Origin: Deltaproteobacteria bacterium
GTDB lineage: Bacteria; Desulfobacterota; GWC2-55-46
Reading direction: 5' to 3'
DNA length: 64,000 bases
Assembly (NCBI GenBank): GCA_016182655.1
Contig: JACPGB010000016.1
Location: forward strand, 3,224 to 67,223
Shown here: positions 54,128 to 63,216 of the stretch, one piece after another
Layout: every line of letters begins with the position of its first letter
Position numbering within the stretch: the stretch's first letter is position 1
Translations under genes and position numbers: made by a program
The notes under the pieces: generated by a model
Databases searched by the model: none
What the model saw: only the letters and a program-made list of their open reading frames with translations
Told to the model about the DNA's origin: nothing

Positions 54128-55614
54128 TTCCTCCCGTGTATCACGGTAAGCTTCGGCTCGGGCTTTCTCTCGCCGGGATCGATGATCGGTATGGAGGTCA
54201 GCACGGGCTCCTTGAATACACCGTCGAAGTCCTCGGGCCTCCTGAATGCGGGGTTCACGAACTCGAAGAGGAATACGAGGGCCGCGCCCGCCGCCGCCCC
54301 GCCGAAGACGCCGAGGAAGACCACGAGGGGCTTGTTCGGCAATTCCGGAGACTCAGGCATGTTCGCCGGGTCTATGACCCTGAACCGCGCGCCCTTCTGC
54401 CTCTTCTCGAGGTTCTCGGCCAGGCGAGCGTTCATCTTTTTCTCAAGGAGCCCCTGATAGTTCTGGAGCGAGGAGTTGTAGTCGCGCAGCAGATCCCTTT
54501 GCCTCTGCTCGCTCGTCGGGGTCACCTCGACCCTCTTCTCGAAATCGCCCATCTGTTTTCTTATCTGGGCCTCCCTTTGCCTGAAATTCGCGAGCTGGGA
54601 CTTTACAGCCACGAGGTCGGCCGATACCGCCGGCCTCGCCACCTCTCCGGGCTTCTCCTCGGTCTTTGCCTGGCCCTCTATCTCCCTTATCCGCCTTTTG
54701 AGTATCATGACGTCGGGATAGGTCTCCTTGTACATGGAGAGCATTATCGAGAGCTCGCCACGGAGCTTTTCGAGCTCGGTCTGGACCTGCGGGGTTGCGG
54801 CCGGGTTTTTCCTCAACTCCGCCTCGAGGAAGGCCTTCCTGTCCTCGTTCGTCCTTATTCCGGCTGTCACGGTCTGTAGCTCGGTTTCGAGCCTGTCCAG
54901 CGTCCTTAAATTCGAGTCGAGCTGTTCGGGGAGCGTCCCCATGCTCGTTTCCTTGAAGCCCTTCAGAGCCCTTTCCTGGGCCTCGAGGTCGGCCTTGGCC
55001 TTCTCAAGCTCGTTTGAGAGGAACTCGGAAGTGCCTTCGGCGTACATCTCCCTGACCTTCAGGTTCTCCTCTATGAAGAGCGAGGCGATCTTGTTGGTCA
55101 CCTGCATCGTGGTCTCGGGGTCCCTGCCGAGATAGGTTATCGTGAAGGCGTTCCCGCCGGTCTCCTGCTGGCCCCTGGACCGCTGTTGTTCGCCGCTGAC
55201 CCTGAAGACGATGTCGCGGCGCATCTTCTCTATCACCGCGTCCTTCGCGGGCGTGTCCGCCGACTCCCCGCGCAGATACCTTACGGTCCTCTCCACGACC
55301 CCCGGGCCGTCCTCCTGGTAGAGGCCGAACTCCTTTATGACCTGCTGGAGCTTGGTCCTGCTCAAGATCTGCTGGCTTATGACGTTAAGCCTCTGCGTGA
55401 AGGGGGTCCTGTCCGACGGCATCACGTATTCTTCCGGCACCTGCTGTTCCTCTACCACTATCAGCGTGGTCGAGCTGTAATATTCGGGGAGGTAGACGCT
55501 CATGAAGATCCCGATGGCCGAGCCGATTATGAGCGGGACTGCCATGAGCCACTTCCTGTGATAGAAGACGGCGAGCTGGTCCAGAATGTTTTTTTTCGGC
55601 TCCTTCGGGTTCAT
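54124..55614 (-). CDS. polysaccharide chain-length determinant / co-polymerase (Wzz/GumC type)
   Basis: two TMs flanking a long coiled coil, YKETYPDV, RFRVIDPA..P..P; start at MNPKE. Confidence 0.9.
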   Translation of the reverse strand: MNPKEPKKNILDQLAVFYHRKWLMAVPLIIGSAIGIFMSVYLPEYYSSTTLIVVEEQQVPEEYVMPSDRTPFTQRLNVISQQILSRTKLQQVIKEFGLYQEDGPGVVERTVRYLRGESADTPAKDAVIEKMRRDIVFRVSGEQQRSRGQQETGGNAFTITYLGRDPETTMQVTNKIASLFIEENLKVREMYAEGTSEFLSNELEKAKADLEAQERALKGFKETSMGTLPEQLDSNLRTLDRLETELQTVTAGIRTNEDRKAFLEAELRKNPAATPQVQTELEKLRGELSIMLSMYKETYPDVMILKRRIREIEGQAKTEEKPGEVARPAVSADLVAVKSQLANFRQREAQIRKQMGDFEKRVEVTPTSEQRQRDLLRDYNSSLQNYQGLLEKKMNARLAENLEKRQKGARFRVIDPANMPESPELPNKPLVVFLGVFGGAAAGAALVFLFEFVNPAFRRPEDFDGVFKEPVLTSIPIIDPGERKPEPKLTVIHGRK

Positions 55615-55616
55615 CG

Positions 55617-56762
55617 TCAAAACCTCCACTCGTTTCCTGTGAACGTCACATTGATGTATACGATGTTCCTCGTCGTGCCTGCGTCGAAGGTGTCGCCGTC
55701 CCACTGGTTATAGTAGGAAAGGCCTGCCCCGAGGAGCATCCATCTTCTGGCCTGCCACCCTCCCGCGAGGTCGATGTCATACGAGTTCAGGTCGACCGTT
55801 CCGTTCGGTTCCGTCCTGTTCTTTGCGAGACCCCCGGTGAGAGAGGCGGTCAGCCCGCGCGAAAAAGTCTGCTCTATCCCGAAGCTCACGCGGTCGCTTA
55901 TGTTTATCTCGTCGGTCAGGCCGGTTGGGTCCGTGACCTCGCGGGTGTAGGCGACCGAGAAGACCGAGTTCCTGTAGGCCTTCTCGAGGCCCGCGGCGGC
56001 CGTAAAAAAATAGTCGTCGCCGTCGAGCCCCGGGGTGTACGCCACTCCGGCAGAGAAGTCGGCCGATAGCGTCGGCGTCAAGTCCTCGATTATCCCGAGC
56101 GAGACCCCGTGGCTCTCGACGTCGCTGTCGGTATCGAATTTGTAGTCGGTATACCGGTAAGTGAAGCGCGCGGTCCCGTTTTGTTCGTACTTGTAAGCGT
56201 AGGACGCCTCGGCGGAATCGGTCCTCGAATCGACGAGGTCAGGGGAGTCGTAGCGCGCGACCCTGTTCCGGAGCGTTAGCGCGGCCTCGGACCTCTCGCC
56301 GATTGCGCGCGCTACTCCGGCCGATGCCGTATTGGCGGTTATGCCGGTCCTTGCGACGAGTATGCCGGTGTCCCCGGCCTGGAGCGAATCCTCGGTGTAA
56401 TCGTACCTGTCCGAGAGGTCAAGCCTCGTCCTTTCGGCCAGGTCGAGCGTGAATGCGGCGTTCGCCTGATGGGCGATATAGTTCAGGTCGGTGTTCCCGG
56501 CGTAGTAGCTCGCCTCAAGGCCGTAAGACACTTCCAAATCGTACCTCTCTCTCTTTTTCGAAAAATCGAACCTGGGCGAGGCCGAGGTGATGAAGTCGTC
56601 GTCCTTGGTCTCCTCGTCGCCACGGAACCTTACGTTGCTGTCGTACTGCTCTTCAATTGTGATCGACGGCCTGAGCGCGGTGTCCTTGCCCAACGCCGGG
56701 GGGGCGGCTGTGAGGAGGACAAGGAGCGCGGCGAGCGCCTGTGGCGAAATTCTATGGCGCAA
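55617..56762 (-). CDS. outer-membrane beta-barrel of the EPS export system
   Basis: signal peptide, PSITIEEQYDSNV, DDFIT, amphipathic strands, terminal WRF. Confidence 0.8.
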   Translation of the reverse strand: MRHRISPQALAALLVLLTAAPPALGKDTALRPSITIEEQYDSNVRFRGDEETKDDDFITSASPRFDFSKKRERYDLEVSYGLEASYYAGNTDLNYIAHQANAAFTLDLAERTRLDLSDRYDYTEDSLQAGDTGILVARTGITANTASAGVARAIGERSEAALTLRNRVARYDSPDLVDSRTDSAEASYAYKYEQNGTARFTYRYTDYKFDTDSDVESHGVSLGIIEDLTPTLSADFSAGVAYTPGLDGDDYFFTAAAGLEKAYRNSVFSVAYTREVTDPTGLTDEINISDRVSFGIEQTFSRGLTASLTGGLAKNRTEPNGTVDLNSYDIDLAGGWQARRWMLLGAGLSYYNQWDGDTFDAGTTRNIVYINVTFTGNEWRF

Positions 56763-57396
56763 AGATGGTATCTCCGGGTCTCAATATCAGGTTCTTGTCC
56801 GCCTTTTCGCCGTCGTCCACGATATCGTCGAAGCTGATGCTTATCTTTTCCGGCTTGCCGTTCCTGTCAGGGCGCTCCCGGACGAGGACGAGGTCGCGGG
56901 AGGCGAACGGGTTGAAGCCTCCGGCAAGGGCTACTGCCTGCAGTACCGACGTCTTCCTCGTAATGACGTAAGTGCCGGGGTTGAGGACTTCGCCAAGTAC
57001 GAATATCCTGCAACTCCTTACCTCCTGCACTATGACGGAGGCGACGGCGGTCTCCTGGTATTCCTTGAGCCGCTCCACTATCCTGTCCCTCAGGGCCGAA
57101 GGTGTCGCCCCGGCGGCCCTCATGTCGCCGATAAGCGGGAGCGTTACCATCCCGTCGGGCCTGACCGTCACGACCTTCGAGAGGTCGGGGTTTTTCCAGA
57201 CCGATATCTCGAGTATGTCGTCGGCGCCTATGACGTACTCGGGGTCGGATTGAAGCTCTGCCTTTGACGCCTTTTCCGTCTGCTGGTTTTTCGCGGCCTC
57301 GGCCTTGTCGGCGGCCGTTGCCCAGGGCTGGAAAACCAGGATGAATGCCGCTGAAAGCGCCGTGGCCGCGCACAGCTTGAACTTCTTCATGTCCAT
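56752..57396 (-). CDS. polysaccharide export protein (Wza/OPX, short form)
   Basis: YVIGADDILEISVW, VRPDGMVTLPLIG, GEV..PG, LRPGDTIFAP. Confidence 0.92.
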   Translation of the reverse strand: MDMKKFKLCAATALSAAFILVFQPWATAADKAEAAKNQQTEKASKAELQSDPEYVIGADDILEISVWKNPDLSKVVTVRPDGMVTLPLIGDMRAAGATPSALRDRIVERLKEYQETAVASVIVQEVRSCRIFVLGEVLNPGTYVITRKTSVLQAVALAGGFNPFASRDLVLVRERPDRNGKPEKISISFDDIVDDGEKADKNLILRPGDTIFAP

Positions 57397-57438
57397 CTCA
57401 TGACCTCCGGAGGGCTTGGCCCTTCTCTATTAGAGACT

Positions 57439-57780
57439 TTAAATGATCCTGAGACCCGAGGCCGAGAGAGCGCCGTTTATCCTCTTCGACCAGACGACGA
57501 CGCCTTTTTTCTCCCAGCCGTCGCGCGCCACGTTGACTATCGCTCCCTTTACCATCGGCTCATTCTCGTATGCGATACCTATCCCGCGCTCCGATGAGTC
57601 AAGGGCCATGGCGGCCATGAAGATCCCGTCAACGACGAGTTCCAGTTTTCTATCCGATTGCGACCTGACTGATGAGCGCCGTTCGTTCAATACCGTCAGG
57701 CACTGCGGGCAGATGACGGTCTCACCGCGCCTGTTCGGGTGGAAGGCCTTGTAGCACTCGCCACATACCTTGAGAGGCAT
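57439..57780 (-). CDS. zinc-ribbon + PilZ-like domain protein
   Basis: CGEC...CPQC, then RSSVR (RxxxR), DSSERG (DxSxxG), VVWS and G.R. Confidence 0.7.
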   Translation of the reverse strand: MPLKVCGECYKAFHPNRRGETVICPQCLTVLNERRSSVRSQSDRKLELVVDGIFMAAMALDSSERGIGIAYENEPMVKGAIVNVARDGWEKKGVVVWSKRINGALSASGLRII

Positions 57781-57992
57781 TCTTCCTTTCAACCGGCCTG
57801 CCTGTTAAGCGCAACCCATCAGCGACGCTCTTTAAACAAGCATAGCCCACGCTCCGTCCTCGGCAATCCAACAAAAGAATATAAATCCGCGCAAAGGGAT
57901 TAGCACCCGTGGACGATAACGGTATGAAGGCAGGGAGACAAAAGGGAGTAATCCCGGTATGAACACCGGGGGTTTAGGAACCGCTCGGCGGT

Positions 57993-58338
57993 ACTCGGCG
58001 TACGGCCAGTTTCAAATCCGGTTCATCCGGCGTACCTGAGGCCAAGACGCCGGATACGGAATCTGCCCGTCCGGCAAGGACTCGGCGTACGGCCAGTTTC
58101 AAATCCGGCTCATCCGGCGTACCTGAGGCCAAGACGCCGGATACGGAATCTGCCCGTCCGGCAAGGACTCGGCGTACGGCCAGTTTCAAATCCGGCTCAT
58201 CCGGCGTACCTGAGGCCAAGCCGCCGGATACGGATCTGCCCGTCCGGCAAGGACTCGGCGTACGGCCAGTTTCAAATCCGGTTCATCCGGCGTCCCTGAG
58301 GCTAAGCCGCCGGATACGGATCTGCCCGTCCGGCGAGG
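57993..58338. repeat. four tandem 87/87/86/86-bp structured direct repeats
   Basis: units start at 57993, 58080, 58167 and 58253; each contains ATCCGGCG...CGCCGGAT and outer pairings. Confidence 0.97.
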
Positions 58339-58374
58339 ACGTTTACTTGAAAAGAGGAAATAGGCGAGGGTGTC

Positions 58375-59577
58375 TCAGCGTATTATCTGGTTGAGCTCGA
58401 AAATGGGAAGGAGTATGGAGAGGACGATGAAGCCGACGACGGCTCCCATGGCAAGGATGAGCGCGGGCTCGAGGAGGCTTAAACCGCTCTTTACGGACCT
58501 TTCGAACTCAAGGGCGTAGGAGTCCGCCGTCCTAAGGAGCATCTCCTGAAGCCGTCCGCTCTTTTCCCCGACGCTCACCATGTGTGTGAATATGCGGGGT
58601 ATCTCGGCGTGCTTGCCGAGGCTCGCGGAAAGGGATGCGCCGCCGGTGCAGTCGGCCTTCGCCTCTTCGAGTATCCGCCCGTAGACGGCGTGGTCGAGGA
58701 CTTCCCTTGTTATCTCAAGCGCCCGGAGGAGCTGGACGCCGCCCTTAAGGAGACTGCCGAGCGTGCGCGCGAGGTATGAGACATAGAAGCACTCTATTAT
58801 CGGCCCGAACCATGGTATGCGGAGGAGCAACCGGTCCGTGATCTCTTTTCCCTTATTTGTTTTGAGATAACGCCTCCCGGCCCATACCGAGACAAATGCG
58901 AGAACGAGCATCACGGGCCAGTAATCGCGGAAGACGGACGTTATGAGGATGAGGATACGCGTCATCAGGGGCAGGGCGTGTTCGGTCTCCTCGAACATCG
59001 CGGTGATCTTGGGCACGACGAAGGCGAAGAGGAACGAGAGCACCCCGGCCCCGACGAGCGTCATGAGCGCGGGATAGGCGAGGGCGGCCTTTACGTCGTT
59101 TATCATCCTGGAGCGCGCTTCCAGGTAATCGGCGAGTTCGAGGAGGACGCTATCGAGCGACCCGCTCGCCTCTCCGGCCGCTACAAGGCCCCTGAAAAGC
59201 GTTGAGAATTGTTTCGGATGAGGCTCCAGCGCCTTGCTCAAGGAGCTCCCGCCGGCGACACTCTCATTTACGTTCGAGAGGACGGTCTTCAGCCCGGGAT
59301 TCGCGGTATTATCGACGAGTATCGAGAGCGCTTCGGCAAGCGGCGTCCCGGCTGACAGGAGGTTAGCGAGCTGGCGCGTGGCGATAGTGACCGCCAGCGC
59401 GGGGGTCCTCCCTCCAAGAAGCCTTCCTCTGTTCGGTCCATCTTCGATTGCGACCTCGGCTGGAAAGAGCCCCGAGTTCTTGACGAGCTGGACCGCCTCC
59501 CTGGCGCCCGCCGCGTCTATCGTGCCGCTGACACCCTTGCCGGATGTGTCGTACGCCCTGTATCTGAAAGACGGCAT
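58375..59577 (-). CDS. gspF: T2SS inner-membrane platform protein F
   Basis: FRYRAYD, TRQLANLLSAG, GEASGSLD, YP, GEKSG, LLEP; start at MPSF. Confidence 0.93.
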   Translation of the reverse strand: MPSFRYRAYDTSGKGVSGTIDAAGAREAVQLVKNSGLFPAEVAIEDGPNRGRLLGGRTPALAVTIATRQLANLLSAGTPLAEALSILVDNTANPGLKTVLSNVNESVAGGSSLSKALEPHPKQFSTLFRGLVAAGEASGSLDSVLLELADYLEARSRMINDVKAALAYPALMTLVGAGVLSFLFAFVVPKITAMFEETEHALPLMTRILILITSVFRDYWPVMLVLAFVSVWAGRRYLKTNKGKEITDRLLLRIPWFGPIIECFYVSYLARTLGSLLKGGVQLLRALEITREVLDHAVYGRILEEAKADCTGGASLSASLGKHAEIPRIFTHMVSVGEKSGRLQEMLLRTADSYALEFERSVKSGLSLLEPALILAMGAVVGFIVLSILLPIFELNQIIR

Positions 59578-61124
59578 CAGTCGGCCTCGTCCCGAGTGAC
59601 CCTTAAGACCTCTTCGAGGCTCGTAATGCCTTCGGCCGCCTTCTCGAGCCCGTCTTCCATCATCGTCTGCATGCCCTTGGCGACGGCCGACCTCTTCAAG
59701 GTGTCCGCGTCCTGGTTTTTGAGTATCATCGGCCTCATCTCCGGGCCGGGGACGAGGAACTCGAATATCCCGGTCCTTCCGAGATAACCGGTATCGAGGC
59801 ACTTATCGCACCCGGCCGGCCTCCAGAGCTTTTGGGGACGGGCCTTGAAGAGGCGGGCCTCTTCATCCTCGGGCGCGTACTCCTCCCTGCACTTTTCGCA
59901 GAGCACCCTGACGAGCCTCTGCGCAAGCACGCCTGAGACCGACGAGGCGACAAGAAATGGCTCTATCCCCATGTCCACGAGCCTTGTGACGGCCCCGGCC
60001 GTGTCGTTGGTGTGCAGCGTTGAAAGGACCAGATGGCCTGTAAGGGACGCCTGTATGGCTATCTCGGCCGTCTCCCTGTCCCTGATCTCTCCTATCATGA
60101 TCATGTCCGGGTCCTGCCTGAGTATTGAGCGGAGACCGCTTGCGAAGGTTAGCCCGATCTTGGGGTTCACATGGACCTGGCCTATGCCCTTCAGCTGATA
60201 CTCGACCGGGTCCTCGACCGTGATGATGTTCCTTGAGGTGGAGTTCACGCGGCTTATCGCGGAGTACAGGGTAGTCGTCTTTCCGGAGCCGGTGGGGCCG
60301 GTAACGAGTATTATGCCGCTCGGTTTAGAGAGGAGCGATTCGAGGCACGAGACCTGCCCGGGGTTCAGCCCGAGGTTCGAGAGCTGGATTATCTCGCCCT
60401 TCCTGTCGAGGAGCCTCAATACGACCCGTTCGCCGTAAGAGGTAGGGATGATCGAGACCCTGACGTAGATGTCTTTTCCAGCGACAAGGAGCCTGATCTT
60501 CCCGTCCTGCGGCAGTCTCTTCTCCGCTATATCGAGCCCGGACATTATTTTCACCCTGCTTACGAGCGCCTCCTGAATGGACCTCGGGGGCGTAAGCACC
60601 GGATAGAGCACGCCGTCTACCCGGTATCTGACCTCGACCTCTTTTTCATACGGCTCGATGTGTATGTCGCTCGCCCTGTCCTTTACCGCCTGGAAGAGGA
60701 GCGAGTTGATGAGCTTGATGATCGGCCCTTCGTCGGCAAGGTCGATCAGGTCCTTGGGCTCCTCCCAGACTGTTGAGAGAGACTCTACCGACTCAACGTT
60801 CATGCCTTCGATCACGTCCTGCGCGGAACCCGAGAGCCTGTCGAAGGAGCGGTTTATGGCCTCCAGTATCTGGGACTCCTCCGCGAAGACCGGGCGCACC
60901 GGGAGATTTGCGATGCGCTCCACCTCGCCGAGCGCGAAGATGGACTTGTGCCCGGCGATGGCCACAATGAGGTGGCCGTCCTTTTTCCGGAGCGGCATGA
61001 TCAGGTTTTTTTTGACAAAGGAGAGGGTGAGCTTCGAGAGTATCGCGGGGTCTATGTATTCGTCCTTTATTTCCCTTATGCGGTGAAAGCCCTTGTCAGT
61101 CGATTCGAAAAGCTCTTCTTTCAT
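59577..61124 (-). CDS. gspE: T2SS ATPase E
   Basis: ASDIHIEP, RLPQDG, GPTGSGKTTT, EDPVE, LRQDPD, TGHLVLSTLH, two CxxC. Confidence 0.95.
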   Translation of the reverse strand: MKEELFESTDKGFHRIREIKDEYIDPAILSKLTLSFVKKNLIMPLRKKDGHLIVAIAGHKSIFALGEVERIANLPVRPVFAEESQILEAINRSFDRLSGSAQDVIEGMNVESVESLSTVWEEPKDLIDLADEGPIIKLINSLLFQAVKDRASDIHIEPYEKEVEVRYRVDGVLYPVLTPPRSIQEALVSRVKIMSGLDIAEKRLPQDGKIRLLVAGKDIYVRVSIIPTSYGERVVLRLLDRKGEIIQLSNLGLNPGQVSCLESLLSKPSGIILVTGPTGSGKTTTLYSAISRVNSTSRNIITVEDPVEYQLKGIGQVHVNPKIGLTFASGLRSILRQDPDMIMIGEIRDRETAEIAIQASLTGHLVLSTLHTNDTAGAVTRLVDMGIEPFLVASSVSGVLAQRLVRVLCEKCREEYAPEDEEARLFKARPQKLWRPAGCDKCLDTGYLGRTGIFEFLVPGPEMRPMILKNQDADTLKRSAVAKGMQTMMEDGLEKAAEGITSLEEVLRVTRDEAD

Positions 61125-61132
61125 CCTGCTAC

Positions 61133-63076
61133 CTACTTCCCTTCATCGTCCTTCTTGTCCTTAGGCGGCTCCACGCCGCTCTTTTCCCTGAACTCGAGGT
61201 CTTTTTTGTTCCGGAGGTCCTCGAGCCCCTTGAAGTCTTCGATGATGTACGGGGTTATGAAGACGAGTAGGTTCGTCTTCTGGTTGGTGTCGGAATCCGA
61301 TTTGAAGAGCCAGCCGATAAGGGGCAGGTCCCCGAGGAGCGGTATCTTTGTGGAGCTGTTCGAGGTCTTGTCCTGTATGAGGCCGCCGATCACGACCGTC
61401 TGGTTGTTCTTCACCACCACCATGGTCTTGGCCGACCTCTTCGTGGTTATGAGGTCGGATGCCCCGGCGACGGCGGTCGTGGAAATGGACGATATCTCCT
61501 GGTATATGTCGAGCTTGACGAAGTCGCCCTCGCTTATCTTGGGCTTTATCTTGAGCCTTATGCCGACGTCCCGCCGCTCTATCGACTGTATGATGGGCTC
61601 GCCCGAGGTGCCGGTAGAGGCCTCGAACTTACTGAGAAACGGCACGTTCTCGCCGACGACTATCTCGGCGTCCGAATTGTCGCTCGTCAGTATGTGCGGG
61701 GTAGATAGCACGTTCACGACATTTTTGAAGTCCGAGAGCGAAAAGAGCGCGGCGAACCCGGGGGCGGTGAGGTTGGTGGTAGTACCGTCCGAGTTGGTCA
61801 CCGGGACGGTCACGAAGTTGCCGATGCCTCCCATGGTAAAGCCGGCGAGTCCGGTCAATACCGACTGGATCGTCGAGGTGTCGACGGACCCGACGCCTCC
61901 TATGGCGACCGGCGCGCCGTCTTTCTCGGCGGCTATCCTGAATTTGGTGCCGAGCTCGAGCGCCTTGTCGACGCTCACTTCCGTTATCATCGCCTCGACG
62001 AATACCTGCCTCGGGCGCCTGTCGAGCTTCTGTATCACTTGCACGAGGTTCTGGTAGTCGGCGGGTGAGGCCATTATTATAAGGGAGTTCGTGGCCTTGT
62101 CCGGGGTTATCGACACCTTTCCGGTAAGCTCCTGCGAAAGCGCCGGGGGAGCCGTGCCGCCTCCCGGTTGCGGGGCGGCCGGGGTGGTCGTGCCGCGGAT
62201 GAGGGAGTCGAGGACCCTGCCGAGGTCGTCGGCGTCGGCGTTCTCGAGATAGTATACGTTTATCCTGCTCGAAGTCGCCGGGGGAGGGACGTCGAGGATG
62301 GTTATGAAGCGTCTGAAAAAGGCCCTTTCCGTCTCGGGACCCGCGAGTATGACCGCGTTAAGCCTTGCGTCGGCGGTTACGCCGCTATCTTCCTCGGCCT
62401 CCCCTGGTCTCCGGCTTCCGGTCCTCCTCTGCCCCTCGCGCCGGAGTACCTGGACGAGGGTCTCGGCCTGCGCGTTCTGGAGGTATACGACCTCCGGCTC
62501 CCCTGATTCGGGCGGGAGGTCGACGGTTGCGAGTATCTGGAGTATCTTTTCCATGTTCTGCGCGGTGTCGACGACAAGGAGGGCGTTCCTCGTGCCGAAG
62601 GACGAGACCTGCCCGTTCCTGGAGACGAGCGGCTGGATGACCGGGAAGGCCTCCTGCGTCGAGATGTATTCGAGCGGGATGAGGCGGACGATGTACTCGT
62701 CGGCCCTGGCCGCCTCACTCTCGCTTAAGACCCTCGTCCCGCTCTGCCTGGCGAGAGAGGAGGGGATTATCTTGTACGCCTCGCCGGTCTGCACGACCGT
62801 GAAGCCCTTAAGCTCGAGCGCGGATATGAAGAGGCTCAGGGCCTCTTCCTGCGTGAGCCTCGTCGGCGCGATTATCGTGACCTTGCCCTTGAGCGTTTCG
62901 TCATAAAGGAAGTTCCTGCCCGTGAGCTCGCTCATGATCTTTACGAGCGACGAGATCTCCACGTCCACGAAGTTGAGGGTTATCTTGCCGTTCGCCCCCT
63001 TCTGTGACTGGGCAAAGGCGGCTTCGGACAAAAGGAGCGCGAAAACGAGAAAGAGGAGAGATATCCGTCTCATCAT
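61133..63076 (-). CDS. gspD: T2SS secretin D
   Basis: TLNFVDVEI, N domains, QVFVEAMI, VGENVPF, KIPLLGDLP, LLVFITP. Confidence 0.95.
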   Translation of the reverse strand: MMRRISLLFLVFALLLSEAAFAQSQKGANGKITLNFVDVEISSLVKIMSELTGRNFLYDETLKGKVTIIAPTRLTQEEALSLFISALELKGFTVVQTGEAYKIIPSSLARQSGTRVLSESEAARADEYIVRLIPLEYISTQEAFPVIQPLVSRNGQVSSFGTRNALLVVDTAQNMEKILQILATVDLPPESGEPEVVYLQNAQAETLVQVLRREGQRRTGSRRPGEAEEDSGVTADARLNAVILAGPETERAFFRRFITILDVPPPATSSRINVYYLENADADDLGRVLDSLIRGTTTPAAPQPGGGTAPPALSQELTGKVSITPDKATNSLIIMASPADYQNLVQVIQKLDRRPRQVFVEAMITEVSVDKALELGTKFRIAAEKDGAPVAIGGVGSVDTSTIQSVLTGLAGFTMGGIGNFVTVPVTNSDGTTTNLTAPGFAALFSLSDFKNVVNVLSTPHILTSDNSDAEIVVGENVPFLSKFEASTGTSGEPIIQSIERRDVGIRLKIKPKISEGDFVKLDIYQEISSISTTAVAGASDLITTKRSAKTMVVVKNNQTVVIGGLIQDKTSNSSTKIPLLGDLPLIGWLFKSDSDTNQKTNLLVFITPYIIEDFKGLEDLRNKKDLEFREKSGVEPPKDKKDDEGK

Positions 63077-63216
63077 GTCCGTTCCGTCTTCTGGATTTAA
63101 GGTGAAGTAGAGGGGTTGTCCTGACGGCTGTGCGCGCATGACGATCATACGGCGCGCGCCCAAGAGGCGATTGAAAGAGATTATAGCACGAAAATTCCGG
63201 GACTGTCGCTTCACCG

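Noticed and set aside
57839..57866. sigma-70 promoter TTGCCG-N16-TATGCT (minus) for the PilZ/wza genes
   Set aside because: Plausible but too weak to call by eye; if real, the tandem repeats would lie outside that 5' UTR
57974..58219. 81-aa ORF with 29-aa repeats
   Set aside because: By-product of the 87-bp repeat; 86-bp units break the frame and there is no RBS
57993..58338. CRISPR array
   Set aside because: Units are near-identical over their full length with no unique spacers, and no cas genes are in the window
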